From: an uncultured Planctomycetota bacterium
Lineage (GTDB): Bacteria; JAJVIF01; JAPKYR01
Reading direction: 5' to 3'
Assembly: GCA_964354375.1 (NCBI GenBank)
Contig: CAYGZQ010000003.1
Coordinates: 50,040-114,039 of the forward strand
DNA length: 64,000 nt
The notes beneath the pieces are model-generated. The model saw only the letters and a program-made list of their open reading frames with translations. It searched no databases and was not told where the DNA came from. How positions within the stretch are numbered: the stretch's first letter is position 1; every line of letters starts with the position of its first letter. Position numbers and translations under genes: made by a program. Below, piece after piece: positions 1 through 10,529 of the stretch.

Positions 1-922
1 GCAGGAAGAAGTCGACTGGGAATACAAGTCGAAGAACGATGGAATCATGCATGCGTGCGGCCACGATTCTCATGTCGCGATGCTCATCGGGGTTGCTGCG
101 CTTCTGAAATCGAAGCCGGTACGGGGCCCGGTGAAGCTGTGTTTCCAGCCCGCGGAAGAGGGCGGCGTGGGTGCGCAGGTGATGATCGATGCGGGCGTGC
201 TGGAAAATCCACCGGTCGGCGCGGCGATGGGCATTCATGTATGGGCCAGGATTCCCACCGGAAAGATGGGGATCGTGTTCGGACCCTGCATGGCGGCGGT
301 CGATGAGTTCGAGGTGACGATCAAGGGGGTAGGGGGGCATGCGGCCTACCCGCACCTCAGTGTCGACCCCATCCTCATCGCTTCCTACACCATCACGGCC
401 CTGCAGACCATAGTCAGCCGCAACTTCGACCCGATAGATACGGCGGTTGTGACGGTCGGAAGTATCCAGGGAGGCACGGCATTCAACATCATCCCACCTG
501 AGGTGAAACTGAGGGGCACGTGCCGGACCTTCAGCGACAAGGGTCGGAAGCTGGTGAAGAAGCGATTCTTCGAGATTGTGAACGGGACGGCGAAAGCGAT
601 GGGCGGGTCGGCTGAGATCGATTTCCAGCACAAAATCCCGGCCACAGTAAACGACAAGGGTATGTGCAAAATCATCTGGGACGCAGGGGAGATGGTCCTG
701 GGCAAGGGAAAGGTCTTCGAGGACAAGCCGACCATGGGTGGGGAGGACATGGGTCTCTACCTGAGGAAAGTGCCCGGATGCTTCGGTTTCCTGGGCATGC
801 AGAACCCGAAGGCGGGCTCCGATTTCCCGCATCATCACCCGAAATTCTCGGTTGATGAGGCTGTGCTTCCGCTCGGCGTGGAGATTCTCTATCGCGCCGC
901 GGAGCTTTACTACAGCAGGTAG
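1..922 (+). CDS. M20D-family amidohydrolase (aminoacylase/hippurate hydrolase-like); 5' end cut by the window edge
   Basis: ORF 47..922 and the same frame is open back to nt 2 (…[21 protein letters not shown]…). The MHACGHD(S)H metal-binding motif is typical of M20D peptidases. Confidence 0.7.
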   Translation, partial: QEEVDWEYKSKNDGIMHACGHDSHVAMLIGVAALLKSKPVRGPVKLCFQPAEEGGVGAQVMIDAGVLENPPVGAAMGIHVWARIPTGKMGIVFGPCMAAVDEFEVTIKGVGGHAAYPHLSVDPILIASYTITALQTIVSRNFDPIDTAVVTVGSIQGGTAFNIIPPEVKLRGTCRTFSDKGRKLVKKRFFEIVNGTAKAMGGSAEIDFQHKIPATVNDKGMCKIIWDAGEMVLGKGKVFEDKPTMGGEDMGLYLRKVPGCFGFLGMQNPKAGSDFPHHHPKFSVDEAVLPLGVEILYRAAELYYSR

Positions 923-1142
923 AAGTGATCGGCCCGTCCGGGTCCGCCGCTTTTCCAAGCGGCATCTTATTGGCAAGAGCGGACTGGAAAGTCCGCGGAC
1001 CCGGACGCACCCGTGCTTTTGGACATTGGCGGCCCCTTCCGCGCTGTGATATCATTCTATGTTGTGTGAACGATGGTTTGCCGTCGCTTCTGCATCTAAT
1101 TAGTCGGGAGGGGACGATTAAGCCGGCTTACGGAGGTCTGCG

Positions 1143-3524
1143 ATGCGTTCGAAAGCTGCACCCCTGTTCCTGTTGTGCATTCTGCTGATCCTGCTCGCTT
1201 GTATCGGCTGCTCGCACGGCGGCGCGACGGGGCCGAACCCGTTGACGCCGGGACCGTCGGGCGATCCGAGTCTTCCGAGGAGCGGAGAGGTCCAAACGAG
1301 CCATTCGCTGCTCGGCCTGTATGAGTTCATCGTGGTTCCCGACGTACCTGAGATCAGGACGGTTCCGTTACGGGACGCGATGTTCCATCTGAACGCCCTG
1401 AGATTCCTCGAGCCGCCTCCCCCGGTCAGAATCGTCCTGTCCAACTTCCAGTATGACGGACAGACAGTGGATGTGGACGTGCAGCTCGTTCATCCCTTCG
1501 CCGGACTTCCGCAGTTCACCGGCTTCGATGTGTGCGGAATCGTGATAACGTCCGGAAGCATCTCGGGCTTCAGCGATCCCGATCTTGTTGTCGCGGGGGA
1601 GGGTGACACGAGGCTCTGGAACGCGGACGGTTTCACGCGCTGGTGGAATCCGAGAGAATTCCCCTACAACAGCCAGACCCCTATGTGGGGCTATATCAAT
1701 GGCAACAAGGGCACTCCCGACGAGACGGCGCATTACACGGCCACTTTGAACGGCTTCAAGTACTTTGCGGATGGTCTGGGAGCCGGCGATACTCTGTGGC
1801 TGCTCGACCCGCTTTCGAGGGGGGTTTTCACAGCGGGATCGGCGAATACGCGTCACTACAAGATTAGATTGGGCGCTGGCCTGGTCTTCAACTACGCCGT
1901 CGATGCGTGCTGGCTTCCGCCGGACGAGACCCCGGTTATCGTCCCCGACAGCTTCCCCCCAAGCGCGAATCGCGACGAGCCCTGGCTGTTGACTGTCACT
2001 GTCACCGAGAACACGCTGTACTATGATCCGAGCGCAGGGGCGGGCGGCGGCGAACTCGGTTTGGATATGAGCTGCTACGACTGGTTCGACGCAGATCAGA
2101 ACACCGTCCGTGCGGAATGCCCCGGTGTTTTTCAGCCGACGACATCCAGCGTCCCGGTCGGCGGCAACAGCGTCTACTCAACATACCACGTTGATTTGAC
2201 CAATCCCGTTCTCACTTCGGATGATCCGATTGAGATCTGGGTGTCCGCGGAAGCGGCGATGGACTACGATGGTTTTCTTCCGGGCAAGCCCACCGCGGCG
2301 TACCTGGCTCCTCTGCAGGTTGATGTGGAGCTCCTGACTCCTCAGCAGGGCATCGTGCTGGAGTGGGGACCCGAGGGTGTGATCGATCACGCCAACCGGA
2401 TCGCCAACAATGACATCGATCCGGCAGTCATTGTGGACGGCGACGGTGAGGTCCTGATCGCGTTTGTCTGGTACTACTGGAGCAGTGTCCTTTTCAATCG
2501 TCCCTTGTTCTCCAGGTCAACTGACCAGGGGCACACTTTCAACTATTGCGAACAGGGTTACTGGCAGTCGCACAGTGTCGATGCGGACTGGAAATGCTGG
2601 AACAGCAAGTACACTCTCGGATCGGACGGGCAGGCGTTCCATTCGTATTGGGCGCCGTGCGGACACACGCTCCACAAAGCGCCCTGGGGCGGAACCTATC
2701 CCGATGTGAACGGGGGCTCGCATTCCGGACCGGAAATGGAGCATGCGGGAGAGATGCTCTATACCGCTCAGGGCTATCCGATGATGTTCGGCGACAACGG
2801 CGGCACGATCATCATGCATCGCGGCGATTACCCCAACGTCGCGGGCACCGGAACCTGGCCAGTGTTTCAAGGAACCCCGTACACCCTGGTTGCGGAGGGC
2901 ACCTCCAACTACCTCAGCCTCGCCCGATCCGCAATGAAGACATCCGACGGGCTTTGCCACCTGATCTTCTGGCACGAGGGTCTGCCATACATCAGGATGG
3001 TCTCGACGACCGATATCTCCGGCCAGAACTGGGGAGCCCCGATCCCGGTCTTCGAGGGCCTTGCGGAAATATGGGTCGGGGCGAAGGACCCGAGCCTCTG
3101 GATCGACAAGAACGACGGCTTCCACACGTCGTTGGCCGCCGAGGACTGGATGGGTAACTACCATCTCATGTACGGCTATTCCGCGACGGTCGACGGCTGG
3201 GACGAAGGTGCATTCAAAAATATCATGATAGTCCCCATCGCAGACGGCCTTAACGACACCCATGTCGTCGTCTTTGACGCCTTCGACGAAACCTACGTGT
3301 TCCTGAGTTACGAGACCGCAGGGAATGTCTGGTGCCGATATAAGAAGTTCGAGGAGAGCGAGTTCTCCGACCCGATACAGGTCAACGAGCATTTCCCCGC
3401 TAGGCTTCCGGACATCTATCCCAACGGCGGCACCGGCGCAGTCTTCGTGTACGAGGCTGACGACGGTTCGGGCAAGGACCTGACCGACATCTTTTACCGT
3501 CTGGCTGAATTCAAGGAGGAGTAA
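1143..3524 (+). CDS. Secreted lipoprotein, paralog family member A. Conserved N-terminal domain of unknown function, then an Asp-box (BNR)-containing C-terminal region.
   Basis: Lipoprotein signal MRSKAAPLFLLCILLILLACIGCSHGG; RBS GGAGGT upstream. Shared family motifs: FTGFDVCGIVI, NADGFTRWWNP, NGFKYFADGLGAGD, NTRHY, FNYAVDACW. Asp-box SRSTDQGHTF. Confidence 0.75.
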   Translation: MRSKAAPLFLLCILLILLACIGCSHGGATGPNPLTPGPSGDPSLPRSGEVQTSHSLLGLYEFIVVPDVPEIRTVPLRDAMFHLNALRFLEPPPPVRIVLSNFQYDGQTVDVDVQLVHPFAGLPQFTGFDVCGIVITSGSISGFSDPDLVVAGEGDTRLWNADGFTRWWNPREFPYNSQTPMWGYINGNKGTPDETAHYTATLNGFKYFADGLGAGDTLWLLDPLSRGVFTAGSANTRHYKIRLGAGLVFNYAVDACWLPPDETPVIVPDSFPPSANRDEPWLLTVTVTENTLYYDPSAGAGGGELGLDMSCYDWFDADQNTVRAECPGVFQPTTSSVPVGGNSVYSTYHVDLTNPVLTSDDPIEIWVSAEAAMDYDGFLPGKPTAAYLAPLQVDVELLTPQQGIVLEWGPEGVIDHANRIANNDIDPAVIVDGDGEVLIAFVWYYWSSVLFNRPLFSRSTDQGHTFNYCEQGYWQSHSVDADWKCWNSKYTLGSDGQAFHSYWAPCGHTLHKAPWGGTYPDVNGGSHSGPEMEHAGEMLYTAQGYPMMFGDNGGTIIMHRGDYPNVAGTGTWPVFQGTPYTLVAEGTSNYLSLARSAMKTSDGLCHLIFWHEGLPYIRMVSTTDISGQNWGAPIPVFEGLAEIWVGAKDPSLWIDKNDGFHTSLAAEDWMGNYHLMYGYSATVDGWDEGAFKNIMIVPIADGLNDTHVVVFDAFDETYVFLSYETAGNVWCRYKKFEESEFSDPIQVNEHFPARLPDIYPNGGTGAVFVYEADDGSGKDLTDIFYRLAEFKEE

Positions 3525-3611
3525 CCCTCCGGGGCAAGGCTGCGGGGCTGTTGAAAAAGCCCGATCTGTAGGGGCACGGCATGCCGTGCCCCTGCGTGAT
3601 GCCGCATGAAT

Positions 3612-3636
3612 GGCAGGCTGGAAAGCCTGCCCCACA
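3612..3636. repeat. 25-nt hairpin element GGCAGGCTGGAAAGCCTGCCCCACA (8-bp stem, GGAA loop). This is copy 1 of 2, in the convergent intergenic region together with a second perfect 22-nt palindrome GGGGCACGGCATGCCGTGCCCC.
   Basis: An exact copy is found at 18741..18765. Both sit just downstream of stop codons. Confidence 0.6.
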
Positions 3637-3652
3637 TCCGGATACTCACCAT

Positions 3653-5737
3653 TCAGTATATCCTGCCGATCTCCAGGGATGCGAGAGGGATCAGCGCGGG
3701 GCCGACGGTGTCGAGCCCGCCTGCAATGCAAACATACTGGCCGTCCGTCGCGACCGCAGGCACACCTCGCTTGCGCAGAAGCGAATTGATCGAGAACCAC
3801 GTGTCGTTCTTCACGTCGTAGGCATCGACATTCGGGAGCATCATGGCTGCGCTGCCTCCGCCGAACGTGTAGAACCAGTCGTCGACGATGACAGAGACAT
3901 TCCCGTCGCGACCCGGAATGATCGGCGATCGCCACGCCCATGATTTCCAGCCCGGCTCGTGATAGAGCACGTCCTGTCTGTCAGGATGCCCGCCGCATGA
4001 GATGAGATACCCGTCTCCCGCCGCGAAGCCCATCGTGGATGTCTCGAATTCCAGGTCGGTCTGACCGACGAAATCGGGTCCGGGCGGTGCGAAACTGTAA
4101 GTCTCCTGATGAAAAACCCATGAGGACCCGGTGAAATGCCGTCCCCCGGCGATATAGAATGTGTCCGTCATGAGGGCGCATCCGAGGGTCGCGAGAGGCT
4201 CGGGAAGGGTGGGCGGAGATGGGTCGGGGGTTCCTGTCGCGAGGTCGATCACAAGGCACGTGTCTGTGACAACGGTCTCTGCAAATCGCCCCCCGAAAAG
4301 GTAGGCCTTGCCTCCGAGCGTTCCGCAGCCGAACCCGTCCCGCGGCTCAGGAAGGCTCCAGGGACTGTCCCAGGTGCCCGCATCGACATCGTATCTCTCG
4401 ACAGCATCTAACGCAGTGCCTCCGGCGCTTCCCCCGAGCACCCAGAAATATCCGTCCGCGAAAAATCCCCCGGCATAGCCCCTTGGCGTGGGCATGTTGG
4501 GACCCGCGGTCCACCAGATGTTGGGATGCTCCCCCACTACCGCGCTTTCGAAGTCGACATTCGTCGTCTCGTTCCCGAGCGAATCCTGTGCTCTCAGGCA
4601 TAACGTGTGCAGGACGGGATTGAGACCCTCAAGCAGATAGGGCGGCCCCCCGATTCCGGACACTTTGTTGGCCGTATCGAAATCGAGCGTGTTGCCTTCA
4701 ACCCAGTATAAATTATACGTCACCGGACCATTTGGATCGCTCGCAGTGCCGAAATCGACAAGAATGCCCTGCAAACCCGGCGCGGCACTGATGATACCCT
4801 CATCGGCATCCCATATCGGCGGGTCATGATCCGAAAGGTCGGTCACCTCGACATCAACCCACTGGAAAAGGTGGCTGACCACGAGCTGATCTCTCGCCGT
4901 GATGAGGCAGGGATAGGTTCCGGGAGGCATGCCCAAAACGTTCTCAACCGCGCCGGCCCACAAATCTCCGGACACGTGGGACAACTGCGTTTCCGTTCCC
5001 CCGAGCGCATCCGGCTCGATCGTCACTTTGATCGTGTCGCCCTGCCAGTCCGAGACATACACACTGACCAGGGCGTCGGCACCGGGAGCCATGTCTAGGG
5101 GATCCTGTGCGAAGTCGTGGATGTCGTACGCCTCCGGGCAATGGTCCGGCCAGCTTGCATCGATCGCGTACTGAAGATCGATGAAACCCGCACCGTCCGG
5201 GAAGCCCACGATGTATGTATCGGTGGAGCTTTACAATGGGCCAAGCGCGCGATCAGGGTCCTCGGTCTCGTATGCCCGGAAACCTGCCGGAGTGGCAACT
5301 GTCGGCGGAGCGTACAGGAGAGTGTACGCGTAGGCGTTCTTGAGAACATAATCCCCCAGGGGGTATACGATGCCCCTGACATCGCGTCCGGTCAGCTTCT
5401 TCGTGAAGTTCTTCACCGTCACGTCCGCGGTGACTTCGTGGTTGACCAGATCGAGATTGGTGACAGTGATCTTGAAGCAGTCGCTGCAGTACGGGGGCAT
5501 GAGGAAGTGTGTGACGTCATAGTGCGCTTCCGGCTGACGCGCGGGCACTACACCCACCGATCGGGTTTCCAGATCGATGCTGACATTGAAAATGCCCATC
5601 AGGGCGTGCCCCGATGCCCCCCGCCCGCCGGCCTGCTGCGCCAAAGGCGGGTCGAGAGGACTCGTCCGGTTGCATCCGGACGAGAGGCTCGCGCAAATGC
5701 CGAGCAGGACCGCCAGGGTCAGTAAGTTGTATCGCAT
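3653..5737 (-). pseudogene. Paralog family member D, lipoprotein with a C-terminal Kelch-repeat beta-propeller. It is split by an in-frame TAA at 5233..5231 into ORF 5231..5737 (signal peptide plus the start of the family domain) and ORF 3653..5209 (rest of the domain plus Kelch repeats). Disrupted, or read through.
   Basis: Both ORFs are in the same frame, separated by a single TAA and 7 sense codons. The family domain spans the stop: TGRDVRGIVY before it and LQYAIDASW after it. The 518-aa part has no signal peptide of its own and starts at GTG. Kelch signatures GGFFADGYFWVLGG…W. Confidence 0.5.
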
Positions 5738-5788
5738 ACCAATCCGCCCTCCTTGCGTGTGCTGGATACGCGGTTAGCGTCCGATTAA

Positions 5789-6451
5789 TCAATCTTGCGC
5801 ATCTTTCTCGCGCGACTCATCGATGGAATCCTCCTCCGACAGACCCGGCCCCTCGACGTTGCCGGCTCTCGGTGCGCCGTTCGGAAACCTCTGCTTGAGT
5901 GCCGACGCGAGCGTATGGAGAATGAGGATATGGACCTCCTGAATTCTCTGGGTGCTGTTGCCGGGCACGATGATCGGGTAGCTCACCTGGCTGGCGATCC
6001 TGCCGCCGTGTTTTCCGAGGAGTCCGACAGTGCTGATTTCCTGCTCCCGCGCCCACGCGGCCGCGTAGAAGAGGTTCATCGACTCGCCTGACGTCGATAT
6101 CAGCCAGAGCTGGTCGTCCGGTCTGACGAGCGCACGGACCTGCTGCAGGAAAATGCGATCGAACGAGAAATCGTTGGCGACCGATGTCAGGACCGCGGTG
6201 TCGGTAGTCAGGGACACGGCGGGCAGGGGAGCGCTGTAGTGCTCGAAAGAGCCGACCAACTCGGCCGCGACATGGGACGCGTCGGCGGCGGAGCCCCCGT
6301 TGCCTGCGAAGTAGAGAGTTCCGCCCTGCTCGATCAATGCGATGGATTTCCTGATTGCCCCCGACAGTGGCGGCCAGCAGGCCGTCAGCGCCGCCTCCGT
6401 GTGGGCGATGGAGGAGCGGAACATGTCCTCGATGAGCTGCTGGTACTCCAT
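5789..6451 (-). CDS. gmhA: D-sedoheptulose-7-phosphate isomerase (SIS domain, GmhA)
   Basis: FAGNGGSAADASHVAAELVG, ISTSGES and RIQEVHILILH are collinear with GmhA. It has a short acidic C-terminal tail. Confidence 0.8.
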   Translation of the reverse strand: MEYQQLIEDMFRSSIAHTEAALTACWPPLSGAIRKSIALIEQGGTLYFAGNGGSAADASHVAAELVGSFEHYSAPLPAVSLTTDTAVLTSVANDFSFDRIFLQQVRALVRPDDQLWLISTSGESMNLFYAAAWAREQEISTVGLLGKHGGRIASQVSYPIIVPGNSTQRIQEVHILILHTLASALKQRFPNGAPRAGNVEGPGLSEEDSIDESREKDAQD

Positions 6452-6562
6452 TATCGCTTCCTCATCCCGGTCCCTCGCGTCACAGTCATTCTATTGCGTG
6501 AATGGACGTACGTCAATCGCCCGGAAGGGAAATCGGCCTTTGGAGGTGCGCCGCGTGCCCTA

Positions 6563-6592
6563 AAAAAGTAACGGGCTCTTGTCGAGCCCGTT
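6563..6592 (-). terminator. Rho-independent terminator downstream of the 6642..7352 gene
   Basis: Minus-strand hairpin AACGGGCTCGACAAGAGCCCGTT followed by ACTTTTTTA. Confidence 0.5.
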
Positions 6593-6641
6593 GGAAAGAC
6601 CGTCTAGTTGACAACTACACGGTACAACCCGTGTTCCGGGA

Positions 6642-7352
6642 TCACTGGGGATCCCAAATGCCGGCCACACCGTCAAAGAAGACAATGTCGAGAAGCCCGA
6701 AGTAAACGGGCGCACTGATTCTGACCGTAGTAACATCCAGCCCCGGAATCGTTCCGGACGGGATGTAGTACGTATCGTTCAGAACCTGGTAACCGGGCGA
6801 GATCACCCCGCTCCAGTTGTAGATCGGGTCGCCAGGCATCAGACCGCCCGGGACTATCTCACCGTACTGACCATAAGACGCATAATGCATCTCTGCGGTC
6901 ACTTCGGCAACCGATCCGAACCCACCAGGACCGCCGATATTGAACCAGAGGAGCGACAGTATGTTGATGTCATAGTCGACCGTCTGGCCGATATAGTAGT
7001 ACGGCAGACCGGCGTTCGGGCCCGTGAGAATCGTACCCGCAGGGTTGTTGTAAGTCACCCAGCAGTTTATCAGGCCGAGAGGAATCAGGTTGATGTCAAC
7101 CTGAGCACCGCGGTTCTCGATCACGTAGAACCCGTCGTCGTTTCGACCCAGAGTCCCTTGCGCCAGAACATTGCCCTGGAGATCAGTGTAGGTGTACTCA
7201 CCTACGATGGGGCTCGACAGGTCGAAGGAGTTGAAGAACTGCTCCATCGACTGATTGCCCTTGTCAGGTGCGACTGGGTTGGAACCGTTTGAGCAGCCGA
7301 CGCCGATCATGAACACGGCAACAGCTGCAAGTGCCAACACTTTTCTTAGCAT
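6642..7352 (-). CDS. Hypothetical lipoprotein
   Basis: Signal MLRKVLALAAVAVFMIGVGCSNGS; RBS AGGAGG upstream; no recognisable domain. Confidence 0.65.
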   Translation of the reverse strand: MLRKVLALAAVAVFMIGVGCSNGSNPVAPDKGNQSMEQFFNSFDLSSPIVGEYTYTDLQGNVLAQGTLGRNDDGFYVIENRGAQVDINLIPLGLINCWVTYNNPAGTILTGPNAGLPYYYIGQTVDYDINILSLLWFNIGGPGGFGSVAEVTAEMHYASYGQYGEIVPGGLMPGDPIYNWSGVISPGYQVLNDTYYIPSGTIPGLDVTTVRISAPVYFGLLDIVFFDGVAGIWDPQ

Positions 7353-7611
7353 GCTTTGCCTCCTTTCTTGTAGAATGCAAACAATGGAAAAAGCGTTACC
7401 TGTTACTGTCGTGCTCGGAGACCTTTCAAAGCACTCCGCCTGACTGCAGCCCTTATCTCAAAGTGCCCACAACGAGGACAAATGGTAGCATTCCCCGAAA
7501 GAAAAATCAACATTTGAATGAGGATTTAATGCAATCTGACACGATAATTTTACATGGGCCGAGACTGCGTTCCCGAGTGGTTCGAGTCTTTCCCCGGCCG
7601 TGAGCCTTCAT

Positions 7612-10284
7612 TCAGTATATGATTACGGCGATCTCGTCAACCCGGGGTCGCGCGTGCGCGTCCGGCGTAGCGCCGCTTCCAAAGCCGATCGCGGCCCTTA
7701 CACGTCCGATACCGTTCGGGTCCAGGTCTGCCAGGCGATACCTCGCCCAGTTGAACGGCCAGCCATATTCATTCCGCCCCCAGCCATATCGATCGTTGTA
7801 CGTGGCGGGGGTCTCGTCGAACCTGACGTTATTGTTGTTGTAGTACTGCGCGGTATAGTACGGGGTACCCTCGATGTAGTCGGCGGGACGGGCCTCACTG
7901 TATTCGTAGTAGTATTGCTGTTTGTTGTGCAGGCTCGGATCGTCGGGGACAGTGCCGACGCTCAGTCGGGCGTAGTTATCCCAGCATTCGTTCATCGGCG
8001 TCACCTGGGCGCCGAAAATCAGCTCTATGTACCATTCCTGCGTCGTTGCGGCTAAGGCCGGATCGGTCAGTATGGGCAGCGGGGGCGATGCGATGACACT
8101 CCAGATGTGCTGCCGCATATAGCCGGAGTCCGGGTCCATCATCCAGCATCCCCCGGATACTGCGCCACCGTATCCGGGTCTCTCGAACTGCCTGTAGAAC
8201 GCCTGCTCATTTCCGCCGTACCCCATGGTCCACGGGAACTTGTCCTGCGAGGCGCCGTCCGGCTCCGCGTTCTCGAGCTCGATGAACGCCCACTCGGTAG
8301 AGCCGACACTCTCGGAGTTCTTGTTACCCGCGACCGACCGGGCTTTCACCATGAAGTAATACGATCCTCCGCTGTTGTATGCGCTCTGCCCGCTCAGCAG
8401 GTTCAGGCATGACCAAACCTCCGGCGGAGTTGTCCCTATCTCTTTCCAGTTTTCCTGGTCGTCGTGAGGATCGCCGTCCCGGTATACGGCCCACTCGGCC
8501 ACAACCCCCGACACCTGGCTTCCGTCCCACCTCACGACTATCGCCGGTATATCGCTAGGGTTATTTATGTACTCGTAAGAATGAAGCGCAGTGCGTTTCA
8601 CCGAAAGCTCCAGATTCAACCCGGACGTGGGGAACTCCGGCGGGTCAGGCAGCTTGACATCCACCATCAGCGAAGCCTCGCTGTATCCGAAGGTGCCGTT
8701 CAGGTCTTTCACTCTGGTATCCACCGCATAGGAGCCCTCATCCGGGAAGCAGATGTCGATAGAGCCGTTCCCGAACGGGTGAATAGCGTCTATGTTTCCC
8801 GTCCCGTCGTTATACTCGGGCGGTGAGTCGTCTCCTATCTCCCAGGCAAAGACAAGGTCTTCGTTCAGGTCCTGGCAGTCGTAGTAGTTCTCGACGTTAT
8901 AGGTATGCACCTCGCCGGCTGTTACCTCGATCGGACCTGTGACAGGCCCCAACTGCGGCGGAGAGTTCGTACCTACATATGGCTCGTACACCTGGTAAAG
9001 GGCCAGGGGCGCATCTTCAGAGCCCTCGAACGATATCGGTAGTTCTTCAGGGCCCACTGTATAGCTTCCGAGGGGGCTGGTTGCCGCCACCAGCACCAGG
9101 GGGTCGTAGGTCTCGAAATTGTCCGGCACCAGCTCGGCGGTGAATGTCGAGATGTGAGCAGAATAGACATCCGAGCCTCCGACCTCCGTGGCGGGCACGA
9201 AATCCACGCCCAGGTCCGGCGATCCGATAAGCACCTGGTCGATCCCACCTGCTCCCTGCCACGTCGAGACATCGATCCTGACCTTCAGCACTCCACCGGA
9301 TACCGGGCAGTCCTCCAACTGCGGGTCGAAATAGAGTGAGTTAGCCTCTTCGTAAATGTCGATGTTAAAGGGCTCGAGGGAGTTGGCCGAGATCGGGAAG
9401 TCATCGAAGGACTGCGGGGGGATGTTGGCGGGTCGTTCCCAGCTTGCATCGACAGCATAATTGAAGACCATGAAGTCCGCGGCGGCAGGACCGAAATTCA
9501 GGGAGTAATGGCGGCGATTGGTGGACGAGCATGAGAAGCGACCCCGTCCAACCAGAACCAGGGGCTCCATGACCTCGTCGTTCGCACCCAGTCCGTCGGC
9601 GAAGTACTTGTAGCCGTTCACCGTGCTCGTGAAATGTGCGGCCTTGTTCGGCTTGCCCAGAAGCCCGTCCTTGTACCCGAGAATCCCGCCGCCGGTGAAT
9701 TCCGTGGGATTCCACCATCGCGTGTAACCGTCCGCGTTCTCGAGCCTGGTCTCGTCCGCTCCGGGCAGGACCAGGTACTCGCCGAGCAGGTAGTTCTCCC
9801 ATGAACCCCTGGAGATGACGATCCCGCGAACGTCGAAGCCGGTGTACTCGGGATGGCCCGGTAGAGGGTGCTGCAGGATTATGTCCAGAGATACTTTGCC
9901 TTCGGGAACATCGACTTCGAGCGTCTTCGGATCATAGGTCAAGTATTTGAGCATGACCGGCTCGAGGAGCGAGACGACATTCAGGTGCGCCGAGCTCTCT
10001 CGAAGGGGCACGATCTCAACCGTCTTCGTTCGGAGGTCCACCTGGAACCGCCACATGCCCCACAGGACGCGGTTTCCGCCCCCGATTTCGCCTTGGGATG
10101 TAAGCCGCATCCGATCGATGCCGGATGATGGATCGGGTACTACCGGGGGTGTTTGTCCGCAGCCCGGAAGCAACAACGCTGCGACCAAGAGGAGCGCTGC
10201 GGTAGCCGGCAGATGATTCGTCTTGGTTCTCATGATTCCTGAGGCCTTCCTGACGGGTTGGGACGCATGGCGACCCTCAAACAA
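7612..10284 (-). CDS. Secreted protein, paralog family member B (conserved N-terminal family domain plus a long C-terminal region)
   Basis: N-terminal hydrophobic signal. Motifs YTGFDVRGIVI, NADGYTRWWNP, NGYKYFADGLGAND, NRRHY, FNYAVDASW match the other three members. Confidence 0.75.
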   Translation of the reverse strand: MFEGRHASQPVRKASGIMRTKTNHLPATAALLLVAALLLPGCGQTPPVVPDPSSGIDRMRLTSQGEIGGGNRVLWGMWRFQVDLRTKTVEIVPLRESSAHLNVVSLLEPVMLKYLTYDPKTLEVDVPEGKVSLDIILQHPLPGHPEYTGFDVRGIVISRGSWENYLLGEYLVLPGADETRLENADGYTRWWNPTEFTGGGILGYKDGLLGKPNKAAHFTSTVNGYKYFADGLGANDEVMEPLVLVGRGRFSCSSTNRRHYSLNFGPAAADFMVFNYAVDASWERPANIPPQSFDDFPISANSLEPFNIDIYEEANSLYFDPQLEDCPVSGGVLKVRIDVSTWQGAGGIDQVLIGSPDLGVDFVPATEVGGSDVYSAHISTFTAELVPDNFETYDPLVLVAATSPLGSYTVGPEELPISFEGSEDAPLALYQVYEPYVGTNSPPQLGPVTGPIEVTAGEVHTYNVENYYDCQDLNEDLVFAWEIGDDSPPEYNDGTGNIDAIHPFGNGSIDICFPDEGSYAVDTRVKDLNGTFGYSEASLMVDVKLPDPPEFPTSGLNLELSVKRTALHSYEYINNPSDIPAIVVRWDGSQVSGVVAEWAVYRDGDPHDDQENWKEIGTTPPEVWSCLNLLSGQSAYNSGGSYYFMVKARSVAGNKNSESVGSTEWAFIELENAEPDGASQDKFPWTMGYGGNEQAFYRQFERPGYGGAVSGGCWMMDPDSGYMRQHIWSVIASPPLPILTDPALAATTQEWYIELIFGAQVTPMNECWDNYARLSVGTVPDDPSLHNKQQYYYEYSEARPADYIEGTPYYTAQYYNNNNVRFDETPATYNDRYGWGRNEYGWPFNWARYRLADLDPNGIGRVRAAIGFGSGATPDAHARPRVDEIAVIIY

Positions 10285-10529
10285 GCTCCCGACTCTGTTT
10301 ACCCAGTCACGACAACATTTAGATACATCTTACGAGAGTTTCGATAGCAGCCCGGGTTTCCCGCTGCCTGTCCCCACCCTCCTGCATGCGCTTCCGATGA
10401 ACGTAAATATTATAACAGAATACATGGTTTGTTAAAAGAAAAGCGGCGTACATGTCCGCTTCCTGCAATAAGTGGGAAAAAAGCCCGGCGTCATGCCGGG
10501 CGGATCGGGATTCCATTGACTGTGCTGCT

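Noticed and set aside
2517-3941. 474-aa antisense ORF, and similar long antisense ORFs at 11136..12944(+), 46478..48145(-), 19364..20287(+), 21386..22180(+), 23171..23974(-), 25203..26003(-) and 58060..59433(+)
   Set aside because: Each is antisense to a gene with clear homology or a signal peptide. The translations are Arg/Gly/Pro-rich and typical of open frames in ~60% GC DNA.
7560-7610. GGTTCGAGTC T-loop-like sequence in the AT-rich gap, possibly a tRNA or tmRNA 3' fragment
   Set aside because: No 5-bp T-stem, no acceptor stem pairing and no anticodon arm could be built on either strand.
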